Numbered from the stretch's first letter, positions 29,203 to 37,806 are shown. The stretch is DNA of 64,000 nucleotides from Eubacteriales bacterium (GCA_044432725.1 JAWXUL010000004.1:48536-112535); one strand, 5' to 3'. Numbers and translations are program-made. The notes: generated by a model from the sequence alone, not told the origin.

Positions 29203-30072
29203 TTAGATTACAAACTCTGTGCCATAGACAAGAACTTCACTTTTCCCCTGTGGAAGCTTTCGGATGTTGTGCTTTTCCACCAGTCCTCGCCCCACAAAGG
29301 TGCAATCTGGCAAGGAAGTCCAAGGCTCGATGCAGAAAAAGCGATCAGGCTTGCCAGACCACAGAACAAGATGGTCGAAATCGGGAAAGACAAGTCTCAG
29401 TCGGACTTTCCCCTCTTGATCCAGAAGAGACACCCCACGTTGGGGGAGGTTTTCCAAGACATAGGAGTCAAAGCCATCTTTGCTATGGTCCAAAGAAAAC
29501 TTGTTCTCTGAGAGAGGGATTTCTTTTTTCTTTGGAGTAAGAATCCCCTTTTCATCAGAAAGGTAAGAGTTAAGTTCTGTCACAGCAGGGATTTCTAAGG
29601 CACAACGTCGAAAATCCTCATCCTTAGTGAAGCCCATGGCAAAGGCATCGTGACCACCCAATTCGTACCACATATCCCCTTCCCCTTTGTTGGTGATTTT
29701 ATGGCTTTTTTCTAAAATTTGCCCCTTTAAACTGTAAGTAATTTCTAAAGAAAAGTCAAAGGGGTATTGTGCTTTCCTCTCCTCGTCAGATTCTAAGAGG
29801 AAAGTTATGGCAGTGGCACTTTGATTGGTGCAAAGGAAGGGGAGATCACGGGCGAATCCATGGGTGGGAATCTGGTAATCTTCCCCTTGATAGCGATAGG
29901 TCGTATCTCGAAGCCTTCCCACAAAAGGGAAGCAAATGGGGGCATGACGTCCCCATATCTCTGGATCGCCTTCCCAAATCCATTCACGACCCTGACAGTC
30001 CATGGCAGATTGTATCTCGGCACCTAGGGGAGAAATAGTGATTGTCATGAGTTTATTGTGGATTGTGTACAT
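29203..30072 (-). CDS. aldose 1-epimerase family protein (LacX-like)
   Basis: 289 aa. ISPLGAEI...WGRHAPICFPFVGRL...IPTHGFARD pattern of galactose mutarotase-like proteins. Confidence 0.8.
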   Translation of the reverse strand: MYTIHNKLMTITISPLGAEIQSAMDCQGREWIWEGDPEIWGRHAPICFPFVGRLRDTTYRYQGEDYQIPTHGFARDLPFLCTNQSATAITFLLESDEERKAQYPFDFSLEITYSLKGQILEKSHKITNKGEGDMWYELGGHDAFAMGFTKDEDFRRCALEIPAVTELNSYLSDEKGILTPKKKEIPLSENKFSLDHSKDGFDSYVLENLPQRGVSLLDQEGKVRLRLVFPDFDHLVLWSGKPDRFFCIEPWTSLPDCTFVGRGLVEKHNIRKLPQGKSEVLVYGTEFVI

Positions 30073-30131
30073 ATTTTACCTCCTCACTGAAAAAGTCTGG
30101 GAAATCCAGAGCTTTCTCGGAAAATTTTCTC

Positions 30132-30160
30132 TTGCCATTGTTGATTTGATGTGGTATAAT
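30132..30160 (+). promoter_or_regulatory. sigma-A-type promoter for tRNA-Arg
   Basis: TTGCCA, 17-nt spacer, TATAAT. 10 nt before the tRNA 5' end. Confidence 0.6.
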
Positions 30161-30170
30161 AAACTGATTT

Positions 30171-30245
30171 GCCCTCATAGTTAAATGGATATAACAAGCC
30201 CCTCCTAAGGGCTAGTTGTGTGTTCGATTCACACTGGGGGTGCCA
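30171..30245 (+). tRNA. tRNA-Arg (anticodon CCT)
   Basis: Acceptor GCCCTCA/TGGGGGT, anticodon stem-loop AGCCC-CTCCTAA-GGGCT, T-loop GTTCGATT, encoded CCA. Confidence 0.9.
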
Positions 30246-30255
30246 ACAGAAAAAG

Positions 30256-30292
30256 AAAACTCCATTCACTGTCTTTGGGTGAATGGAGTTTT
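30256..30292. terminator. bidirectional terminator hairpin (tRNA-Arg / dipeptidase)
   Basis: AAAACTCCATTCAC-loop-GTGAATGGAGTTTT, with A/T runs on both sides. Confidence 0.7.
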
Positions 30293-30302
30293 ACCTTGTC
30301 AT

Positions 30303-31283
30303 TTATAAAGTGTCTTTAATGACACGCAAGGAATTTTTTGTGGCAATTTTTTCGATTTGGTCTGCAGTGAAGCCTTCTTCCAGCATTTTTTCGAAAAAGA
30401 GAGGCATTTCTTGGGCACCAGAAATCTCCATAATGGTACCTTTGCTGTTGTCAAAATCCGAGCCCAAGGACAAAGCGTCAATACCAGCCACGTTGATTAC
30501 GTGGTGCATTTGACGAAAAACAGATTCGCAAGTACTTCTTTTGTTATTGGGGTCACCTGTGAGCAAAAAGGGATTGAAAGAAATCCCCACCACGCCACCT
30601 TTGTCCCCGATGGCACGTAACATTTGGTCGCTTAAATTTCTGGGGTGAGGGGCAATTTCTCGGCAACCACTGTGGGAAGCCACAAAGGGTTTTTTGCTGA
30701 TATGTTCCACATCCCAGAAACCACCGTCTGATAAGTGGGACACGTCCACAATCATCCCCAGATCGTTCATCATACTAACGGCATCTTTCCCTAGTTTGCT
30801 GAGACCTTTGCTCATGATATCCACATCGCCAGAGCAAGGCACACCCAAACAGTTGGGAAGATTCCAAGTCAAGGTGAGTAAACGCACCCCTAGCTTGTAA
30901 AAACGTTTCAGATTAGAAAGTCTGCCGTCAATAGCTCTGCCATCTTCCATAGATAGAAAAGCAGAGACTTTGCCAGCACGGGTGTTGCGACGTAAATCGT
31001 CGTACTTTCCAGCAAAAGCAGCAGAATCTGGATTTTTCAGGAGTGTCGTTTGGAAGATTCGGTATAAACGATTGATATGCTCTTCATCATTGGGGAAAAG
31101 AGCACCCATTCGAGTTTTCAACGTAAGAGGAACCATATAAATGGCAAAGAATTGTGCACGACAGCCATTTTTTTTCAATCTATTCAAATCCACCTGGGCA
31201 GAGGGGAGAGAGATGATGTCATGTTCCATACATTTCCATCCCTCGGTCAAGGTGTCGCAGTGTAGGTCAATATAGGGTACCAT
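30303..31283 (-). CDS. membrane dipeptidase (peptidase family M19)
   Basis: VPYIDLHCDT, DVSHLSD, SHSGCREI, LGSDFD blocks. Start at ATG 31283 after AAGGAGG. Confidence 0.85.
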   Translation of the reverse strand: MVPYIDLHCDTLTEGWKCMEHDIISLPSAQVDLNRLKKNGCRAQFFAIYMVPLTLKTRMGALFPNDEEHINRLYRIFQTTLLKNPDSAAFAGKYDDLRRNTRAGKVSAFLSMEDGRAIDGRLSNLKRFYKLGVRLLTLTWNLPNCLGVPCSGDVDIMSKGLSKLGKDAVSMMNDLGMIVDVSHLSDGGFWDVEHISKKPFVASHSGCREIAPHPRNLSDQMLRAIGDKGGVVGISFNPFLLTGDPNNKRSTCESVFRQMHHVINVAGIDALSLGSDFDNSKGTIMEISGAQEMPLFFEKMLEEGFTADQIEKIATKNSLRVIKDTL

Positions 31284-31447
31284 GTTTACCTCCTTATATT
31301 CCCATAAAATAGCCTGTAACAAGGCTGTAGGGTACAATATACAGATGATATCTTAAGGGTATTATAACATAAAAAAACAAAAGATTCAACAAGAAAAGAA
31401 ACTTTTAAAAGAAAATTTTAAAAAAAGAAAAAATTTCAAAAAAACTA

Positions 31448-31476
31448 TTGACATTTCCAAATCCCTGTGGTAATAT
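31448..31476 (+). promoter_or_regulatory. sigma-A-type promoter for the tRNA-Ser pair
   Basis: TTGACA, 17-nt spacer, TAATAT. Confidence 0.55.
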
Positions 31477-31515
31477 AACTATTGTATCTGACCTCAAGAT
31501 TTAAGGGTCTTTTTT

Positions 31516-31603
31516 GGAGAGGTGTCCGAGTGGTCATAAGGAGCTAGTCTTGAAAACTAGTGACTCGCAAGAGCCGTGGGTTCGAATCCCACCCTCTCCG
31601 CCA
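31516..31603 (+). tRNA. tRNA-Ser (anticodon TGA)
   Basis: GGAGAGG acceptor, anticodon loop CTTGAAA, long variable arm, GTTCGAATC T-loop, CCA. Confidence 0.9.
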
Positions 31604-31631
31604 CAAACTTCTTCACAGTAAAAATTCATAT

Positions 31632-31723
31632 GCAGAAATACCCAAGTGGCTATAAGGGGCTCCCCTGCTAAGGGAGTAGGCGGGTTAAACCGTGCGAGAG
31701 TTCGAATCTCTCTTTCTGCGCCA
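31632..31723 (+). tRNA. tRNA-Ser (anticodon GCT)
   Basis: GCAGAAA acceptor, anticodon loop CTGCTAA, long variable arm, GTTCGAATC T-loop, CCA. Confidence 0.9.
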
Positions 31724-31740
31724 TACTTTAGCAAGTGCAA

Positions 31741-31782
31741 ATAAGTCAAACTCTATTTTTAGAGCTTGACTTATTTTGTTTT
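31741..31782 (+). terminator. rho-independent terminator after the tRNA-Ser pair
   Basis: ATAAGTCAAACTCT-loop-AGAGCTTGACTTAT followed by TTTGTTTT. Confidence 0.75.
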
Positions 31783-31892
31783 CATGGTAAAAAAAACAGG
31801 CTTCTTCCTTCAGTGGGGAGAAACCTGCTTTTAAGTTTTATCCTGCTGGAACTAGAGGAATCTGAAGCACTGTTTAGAAGATGGGGAAAGGA

Positions 31893-32597
31893 TTATTTTT
31901 CGTAGTTTTCTTTGTCAAACTCTTCTTTTAATCTTTTTAAAGCTTTTTTCTCGATTCGAGAGACATAGGAACGGGAAATACCACATTCACTGGCAATTTC
32001 CCGTTGGGTTTTAGGGATGAGCGTATCTATGCCATAACGCATTTTCAGAATGTTTTTTTCACGTTCTGGAAGAAATTTTTCCAACATAGCACGTACTTTG
32101 ATCCGAGCGTCTCGGTTATCTAAATCCTCTAACATGGTGTCATCTACTGCAAGTACATCCATCAGGGAAAGGGCACCTGCCTCGTCGCTACCATCTAAGG
32201 CATCTGAGAGAGAGACATCCCCTTGGGTTTTACGGATGGAGCGAAAGTGCATAAGTATTTCGTTTTCAATACACCGACTAGCATAAGTAGCAAGTCTCAC
32301 ATTTTTATCAGCCTTGAAAGTAGAAATCCCCTTAATCAGCCCAATCGTCCCGATCGAAATCAAATCATCTTGCTCCCCAGTCTGGGCGTAGTATTTTTTG
32401 ATAATATGAGCCACCAATCTCAAATTATGCTCCACAAGCTTGTTCCTTGCTTCTAAGCTACCATTTGCATACTCATCCAGATACTTTCTTTCTTCCTCGG
32501 CGGAAAGGGGCTTGGGAAAGGAGCCGCCTCCGCCGGTGAGACGTAAAGAAAAGAAAAGTCCGTTCATCACAAGGTAAATCAATGGGGAAAAAAACAT
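31893..32597 (-). CDS. sigK: RNA polymerase sporulation sigma factor, pro-sigma-K
   Basis: 234 aa. Hydrophobic pro-sequence then SFPKPLSAEEERKYL...ARNKLVEHNLRLVAHIIKKY...LISIGTIGLIKGISTF...ATYASRCIENEILMHFR, closest to my memory of SigK rather than SigE/G/F. Uninterrupted ORF. Confidence 0.85.
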   Translation of the reverse strand: MFFSPLIYLVMNGLFFSLRLTGGGGSFPKPLSAEEERKYLDEYANGSLEARNKLVEHNLRLVAHIIKKYYAQTGEQDDLISIGTIGLIKGISTFKADKNVRLATYASRCIENEILMHFRSIRKTQGDVSLSDALDGSDEAGALSLMDVLAVDDTMLEDLDNRDARIKVRAMLEKFLPEREKNILKMRYGIDTLIPKTQREIASECGISRSYVSRIEKKALKRLKEEFDKENYEK

Positions 32598-32633
32598 AAA
32601 AACACCTCCTACGACAGTGTATGAGGTGTTTTT
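32598..32633 (-). promoter_or_regulatory. 11-bp stem hairpin abutting the sigK start codon (terminator of the upstream gene, sequesters the sigK RBS)
   Basis: Minus-strand RNA: AAAAACACCUC-AUACACUGUCGUAG-GAGGUGUUUUU-AUG. The 3' arm contains GAGG of the AGGAGG RBS. The loop contains CATACAcT. Confidence 0.6.
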
Positions 32634-32637
32634 ACTT

Positions 32638-32826
32638 TTAGAACTCTAAGTCGAAATCTGTAGAAGCGAATTTCTTTCGGAGTTTTTCTTTTTCCATTTC
32701 CAGCGCTTCTTCTGACAAAGAAATACAAATGCAATCATAACACATACCAACTTCATCTAGGCTGACTTCTCCAGCAGTGCAGTGGTTATCTTCTTGGTAG
32801 ATACAAAATCTATGACGACAGGTCAT
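32638..32826 (-). CDS. small Cys-rich protein (62 aa, six Cys; DUF1540-like Cys spacing)
   Basis: MTCRHRFCIYQEDNHCTAGEVSLDEVGMCYDCICISL... with a strong RBS (AAGGAGGTGA). A frameshifted paralogue lies at 53208..53385. Confidence 0.6.
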   Translation of the reverse strand: MTCRHRFCIYQEDNHCTAGEVSLDEVGMCYDCICISLSEEALEMEKEKLRKKFASTDFDLEF

Positions 32827-32909
32827 AAAGTCACCTCCTTTTACATGGTGAATATTTTCACTATACTTTGGTTAAAAAAATAACCTATAATAAGGTAGAG
32901 GTGAATTCA

Positions 32910-33131
32910 ATGGCTATTAGTTATGTTCCTTTGGTGAAAACAATGGAAGAAAAAGAGATTTCTTGGTATTTTTTAGCTCAGCAAGGTATCGACCACAGAA
33001 CATTGCATCAATTACGGCATAATATGAACATCACTTTGAAAACCTTGGAAAAAATCTGTTCAATTTTACACTGTACTCCCAATGATGTTTTGGCTTTTGT
33101 CCCAGAAAAAGTAGAATCTACTGTAATATAG
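32910..33131 (+). CDS. small HTH DNA-binding protein (Cro/C1-like)
   Basis: 73 aa from ATG 32910 (RBS GAGGTG). WYFLAQQGIDHRTLHQLRHNMNITLKTLEKICSILHCTPNDVL resembles a short XRE/YozG-type HTH. Divergent from the Cys-rich gene. Confidence 0.55.
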   Translation: MAISYVPLVKTMEEKEISWYFLAQQGIDHRTLHQLRHNMNITLKTLEKICSILHCTPNDVLAFVPEKVESTVI

Positions 33132-33182
33132 TGAATGTAATCAGTATATAGAATTTTAAAGAAAAAGTCAATATTATTTTAA

Positions 33183-33435
33183 AGGCAGTCTTTCTTTTGA
33201 AAGACTGCCTATATTTTTATGTTTGGATCATTCGTATCATACCTCGATAAGTGTTACGAACTCAACAATGATACACCTCACTCTTTCAAGATGACAGCCA
33301 AGGATCAGAGAGGTTTTTCCCCATTTTGTTGGGATATCATTTCACAAGAGCAGAGGGAGAACAGGGCTCTGTCCAGAGGTTTACTGCGATGAAATTTCTC
33401 TACCACTTAGGCAGTTGGTACCAGTTGACACGGTG
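33183..33435 (+). repeat. left inner arm of a long-range inverted repeat (partner 52675..52850)
   Basis: Hairpin GGCAGTCTTTC..GAAAGACTGCC, then ACCTCGATAAGTGTTACGAACTCAACAATG...CAAGATGACAGCCAAGGATCAGAGAGGTTT. About nine in ten positions match the reverse complement of the right arm. The left copy carries a ~57-bp insertion/duplication. Confidence 0.8.
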
Positions 33436-33460
33436 ATTTGTAGCATAATTTTCTCCTTTT

Positions 33461-33694
33461 TCAAAAGGGTGGAAATGGTACAGAGTCGAGCCATGTCTGG
33501 ATGGAATCTTTGATTTTGCCAGCAATTTTCAGCATCATCTCATCTGTGTTATCTACATCCGCCACGGTTTCGTCATCATCCATACCGATTATGATGGTTC
33601 CACTCTCTGAATTGGCAAAAGCTTTGATGGTTTTCAGGATAGAGTCGCTGTATTCTCGTTTGTATTCTAGTTGTGACCCTTCCATTTGTATCAC
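33461..33694 (-). pseudogene. truncated AlbA_2 (Schlafen-like) DNA-binding-domain gene; only the first ~77 codons remain
   Basis: EGSQLEYKREYSDSILKTIKAFANSESGTIIIGMDDDETVADV matches the AlbA_2 N-terminal pattern. Full-length relatives are several hundred aa. The ORF stops 25 nt from the repeat-arm boundary. Confidence 0.6.
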
Positions 33695-33752
33695 CTCTTT
33701 TCACTATTTTATTATAAATGAAGTTGGAATGCAAGGATATTGAAAAGATTTA

Positions 33753-35066
33753 TCATCGAAAAATCCCTATCAATCCCAAAATCAGATATTCTTTTCCAAA
33801 ATAATCTTTTAATTCCAATAAACCGAGATAAATGACTGAGAGAAACAATTTCAGTTCTCGCTCACTTTTTGGTTTTCTCATTTTTTGTGCACCACTGAAA
33901 AAATATATTTCTTGGCAAAGTTCTTCTATCTGTTCAACTTTATAATTCAAATATTTTTCGTAATATTGCAAGGCATTTTTATTTAAATAAGCAGAAATTT
34001 CATCTAAAGCAGAATGAAAAACAGGTTGAGACTGAAAATAACGCACCTGTTTCAGGGAAAACCCCCATGTCTCTTTTACAATAGATTCAGCCTCTTTGTC
34101 TTTGATACAAGAAAAAAGAGAATCCTCCATGAATACATCAAAAAAAGGGACAACACAGGTTGATTTCACTTCTGTTTCACTGCGGTCAAACTCCAATAAG
34201 TTGGAAAGTTTCATAAAGCCCCATTGTGATAATGGAATATTTACAGAGTTATCCTTTTCAAAAAGAGAACATAATTGTGCAAATAGTCGTAAATAATCAC
34301 GGTTCTTATGAAAATTTTTTCCATTATCTTTGTCTATTTCATAGTGTTTGTAGCGAAAAAGAGATTCTAAATTCACTGAGATATCCTTATTTGTTTGAAG
34401 TCTGCTCACATGATTGACAATAATTTGATATAGATACAAAGGAGCTACTTTCCGTAGTGATTCATAGGAGTTTAAGTCAGAAATGAGAGTTTCTAGATTA
34501 TAAAGAAAAACCCCATTGCCCTTCAATTTATCCGTGAAAATTTTAGTGATATTCCAAAGTTCTTTGGTGCTGACATTTGTTTTAGGCAGAGATACTTGAT
34601 TTTTTTTGAATAGTTGAGGAACAATAAAATTCCATGACTCTGACAAAGATTCTATGATGGAAAGATTTTTTTCTACTTCTTCAAATTGATCCATAGCAAA
34701 TATAAATTCATCTGTACTTTGTTTTGATTGTGCCTGAAGTAAACTTCCTTGTTCAGGCAAGTAAAGTCTTAATAAACGCCCTAAATCTTTTGTATACACT
34801 TCTACTTCACTGATTGAGATGCAGGTCTGAAAGGAATCATCTAAATTAAATTGAAACTTTTCACCCAGATGAATCAGTTCTTTTTGCCATGTGATTCGTT
34901 TTTCTTCCACTTCCTCTAAACTTAGGTTTTCTTGCTTTAACCAATCTTCAAGGCTAAAATCCTCTTTTTCATTGAGAAATATCTCTTCCAGCTCTTCCAT
35001 AGACATCGTTTCATCATAGATCCCTTCTAGAACTTTTGCAGAAAAGAGATTGTCAAATAATTTCAT
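33753..35066 (-). CDS. hypothetical protein (437 aa, no recognisable motif)
   Basis: Long ORF in a visibly AT-richer stretch. The translation is helical-looking and K/E/L/F-rich. Lies upstream of, and is probably co-transcribed with, the AlbA_2 remnant. Confidence 0.6.
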   Translation of the reverse strand: MKLFDNLFSAKVLEGIYDETMSMEELEEIFLNEKEDFSLEDWLKQENLSLEEVEEKRITWQKELIHLGEKFQFNLDDSFQTCISISEVEVYTKDLGRLLRLYLPEQGSLLQAQSKQSTDEFIFAMDQFEEVEKNLSIIESLSESWNFIVPQLFKKNQVSLPKTNVSTKELWNITKIFTDKLKGNGVFLYNLETLISDLNSYESLRKVAPLYLYQIIVNHVSRLQTNKDISVNLESLFRYKHYEIDKDNGKNFHKNRDYLRLFAQLCSLFEKDNSVNIPLSQWGFMKLSNLLEFDRSETEVKSTCVVPFFDVFMEDSLFSCIKDKEAESIVKETWGFSLKQVRYFQSQPVFHSALDEISAYLNKNALQYYEKYLNYKVEQIEELCQEIYFFSGAQKMRKPKSERELKLFLSVIYLGLLELKDYFGKEYLILGLIGIFR

Positions 35067-35114
35067 TCATATCACCCTATTTTAGTATAGCACAGATATT
35101 TATAGCTTACAACA

Positions 35115-35156
35115 AGAAGTAGTTCCGAAAATTATATTTGTTTCGGAACTACTTCT
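35115..35156. promoter_or_regulatory. 16-bp perfect inverted repeat (AGAAGTAGTTCCGAAA-N10-TTTCGGAACTACTTCT) upstream of the 437-aa gene
   Basis: Lies about 50-90 nt upstream of the start at 35066, with no adjoining T-tract on either strand. Could be an operator or a leader hairpin. Confidence 0.45.
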
Positions 35157-35468
35157 CTTAAAAAAAGAACATATGGTATAAAATCAAACTATCAATGAAG
35201 GAAAGAGCCTATTGGTACCTCAGCCAATCACCTTATGCAAATAACGGATTTCCTATTTTACTATTTATAATGGCTTATTTTATCCATACTTTGAATAATT
35301 TAGTGTTGCCGATAAAAAAATTTCCCTTTCTCTTCCTCTGGGACATCTCTTTGCCTTTCTAGCATGATTCCTTCTGCCGTGGTTTTTCTGGATCTGGGGT
35401 TGACGACTCAATTTTTTTATGCTAAAATAGAGTTAGAGAAAACTAACTAACTGAAAGGAGTGCTAAAA

Positions 35469-35960
35469 ATGTCTTTACTCATCCAATGTGTCATCGCTTG
35501 TATTCTGTTCACTTGTCTTGTCCTGCCCTCTGGATACAAAGACCCTGTGAAGCAGATCATGTCTTATCCTCCAGCCATCAGAAAAAGAGTGGAATCCTTG
35601 CCAGAATATCAAGACACCATCCAATCCATAGAAAAAAGGCATATTTCTGTCAAAATCATTGCGGCATTTGTGTTCGTGATCATTTTCGCTGTCATTGCTT
35701 ACTATTCTCAGGCAAGGACTTTTTCCTCTGCCTTTCGCCACACCTTTTTGTTATTTCTCGGCGTGAATCTGTTTGATACCGTGGTGTTGGATATCGGTCT
35801 TTTTTGTCACAGCAAAAAAATGGTGATTTCAGGGACAGAAGACATGGTCAAAGAGTATCGTAGCCCTTGGCATCATGTGAAAGGATTTTTCATTGGCACA
35901 GTGATCAGCATTGTTGTGTCCTTGCTGAGTGGCAGTTTGATTCATTTCTTTGTGGCGTAG
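35469..35960 (+). CDS. integral membrane protein (function unknown)
   Basis: About 163 aa with four predicted hydrophobic helices. Start ATG 35469 after AAAGGAG. Promoter-like TTGACG-17-TAAAAT at about 35399..35427. Confidence 0.6.
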   Translation: MSLLIQCVIACILFTCLVLPSGYKDPVKQIMSYPPAIRKRVESLPEYQDTIQSIEKRHISVKIIAAFVFVIIFAVIAYYSQARTFSSAFRHTFLLFLGVNLFDTVVLDIGLFCHSKKMVISGTEDMVKEYRSPWHHVKGFFIGTVISIVVSLLSGSLIHFFVA

Positions 35961-36388
35961 GTCTGGTTCTATGAAATGATGTCACGGAAGAAAAGTGGCT
36001 CATTAAAGAAAAAAGAAACATTTCACCCAAGAAGGTTTGGTACAAAAAGAAACATTTATTCCGCAGATATCAGTCTTGTCGAGGCGGAAAAGCTTGATAA
36101 AATACCATCTTTGGAGATACCAGAGGATGGAATCGGAATGAATCAGCATATATATTGGTAACTGCTTATGCACCCTATTCCGACACAGTGATACATTATC
36201 TCAAAGAAGAAGGTCATGGCACAATCAACCATTACATGGAAAATGTCACTTTATATTCTACCCATTTAAGTAGCATCCCCCATCATCAGCGCCACATGGA
36301 TACACGATACTGACTTATCTGATTTGGAATGGGAGGGCTGATTTTTAGGCTATTTTAGTATGAATGTTATCTGAAAGTAGGTTTTATC

Positions 36389-37108
36389 ATGATTAATGTA
36401 GGGGATCGAATCGTAAATACCTTTGTTTACCCCATTCAGGAGGGTTATGTGATGATTGACACAGGTTATGAAAATATGTTTCAAAGTCGTGAAAAGAGAT
36501 TAAAAAAGAAAAATATCTCTGTCAAAGAGGTGAAATACATTTTTTTAACCCACGCACATGACGACCACGCTGGGTTTGTGAACGAGATGATTCAAGAGAA
36601 TCCAGACATTCGTGTGATTATGAGTCCAAAAGGCTTGGACACCTTAAAAAATGGCAAAAACCCCAATATAGGTGGTTGTTCTGGCACGCAGAGTTATTTA
36701 TTTTGCCAAATCCTGAAACTGTTTGGCAAGGGGAGTCACACTTTCCCACCCATCAAGGCAGAATTTGAAGGAAACTTATGGTTCCTCACCCCGGACAATC
36801 AGGCAGAAATGGAAGAGAAATTAGAGGGAACCATACTGGAAACCTCTGGACATACCTGTGATTCTATTTCTTTGCTGACAAAAGAGGGCAACTTGTTTTG
36901 TGGGGACTTGGCAATGAGTGGCATTCCTAGTAAAAATAACATGATTATATGGATTGAAAATGAAGAAGAATACGAGAAGTCGTGGGGGAAAGTGCTTGAA
37001 ACAGAGACAAAAAGGATATATCCCGCCCATGGCAGTCCTTTTTCAGTGGCTAAATTAGCAAAAAATAAGAATAAAATCCAAAAAGTCAAACTGATTCCAT
37101 TATCATAA
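36389..37108 (+). CDS. MBL-fold metallo-hydrolase
   Basis: 239 aa. LTHAHDDHAGF (HxHxDH) motif, later SGHTCDS and PAHG. Confidence 0.8.
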   Translation: MINVGDRIVNTFVYPIQEGYVMIDTGYENMFQSREKRLKKKNISVKEVKYIFLTHAHDDHAGFVNEMIQENPDIRVIMSPKGLDTLKNGKNPNIGGCSGTQSYLFCQILKLFGKGSHTFPPIKAEFEGNLWFLTPDNQAEMEEKLEGTILETSGHTCDSISLLTKEGNLFCGDLAMSGIPSKNNMIIWIENEEEYEKSWGKVLETETKRIYPAHGSPFSVAKLAKNKNKIQKVKLIPLS

Positions 37109-37122
37109 GAAAAGGGGGGACC

Positions 37123-37650
37123 ATGAAGCTTAGTGAAAAAATAGTGAAAACCAGTGCCCCTGACTTCGACTACATTAAAAGTTTCATGAAACGAGTCTTT
37201 CCACAAGAGGAACTCTTTCCCATGTCATTACTTATGGCGCTGAATAAGTTGAAACGCTGTAATTTTCAGGCTTTTTATGAAGATGAACAATTTATCGGCA
37301 TCCTATATACCATAGAATTTCCAAAATTTGTCCATATTAAATATCTTGCTGTCAATGACGTACTACATTCAAAGGGGTATGGGACAGAAATGCTCCACTT
37401 GTTAAAGGGTAGGTATGGTGATGAAACTTGTACTTTATTTGTGGAAACATTAGATTCTACAGCTGAAAATTTTCTACAAAGAGAGAAAAGAATTGCCTTT
37501 TATGAGAGGAATGGTTTTCATCAAGTAGGAGTAAAGATAGGTAATAAAAAGCCCCTTTACGATATTTTGTCCTCTAATCCAAACTTAAGGAAAGAGCACT
37601 GCAAGAAAGCATTGCGTTTTATTCCCATGAAGGTGTTTGTGGAAAGATGA
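37123..37650 (+). CDS. GNAT-family N-acetyltransferase
   Basis: 175 aa. LAVNDVLHSKGYGTEMLHLL (Q/RxxGxG/A-like motif) and AFYERNGF. Confidence 0.7.
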   Translation: MKLSEKIVKTSAPDFDYIKSFMKRVFPQEELFPMSLLMALNKLKRCNFQAFYEDEQFIGILYTIEFPKFVHIKYLAVNDVLHSKGYGTEMLHLLKGRYGDETCTLFVETLDSTAENFLQREKRIAFYERNGFHQVGVKIGNKKPLYDILSSNPNLRKEHCKKALRFIPMKVFVER

Positions 37651-37720
37651 GGAGAAGAGGCAGCTCACATAATTCCTCCGACAAAGTGAGAAAAGAAATC
37701 AGACGAGAAAATTTCAATAA

Positions 37721-37753
37721 AAGGAGCCAGTGTAGAAATTACACTGGCTCCTT
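37721..37753. terminator. bidirectional terminator hairpin
   Basis: AAGGAGCCAGTGTA-loop-TACACTGGCTCCTT between convergent genes. Confidence 0.65.
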
Positions 37754-37806
37754 TCTTAGAACAAAAAACTTCTACTTGTCACATTGAAAGAAATTGATTT
37801 CTTCTA

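Noticed and set aside
28813-29540. ORF-track ORFs 28813..29052, 28848..29108, 28856..29164 and 28938..29540 with P/R/G/E-rich translations
   Set aside because: They run through the GC-rich tandem or hairpin repeat on both strands. The last overlaps the aldose-epimerase gene antisense. They are repeat artefacts, not genes.
35976-36345. 61-aa ORF and a following open frame (AYAPYSDTVIHYLKEEGHGTINHYMENV...)
   Set aside because: There is no RBS and no recognisable motif. It may be a gene remnant, but I cannot support a call.
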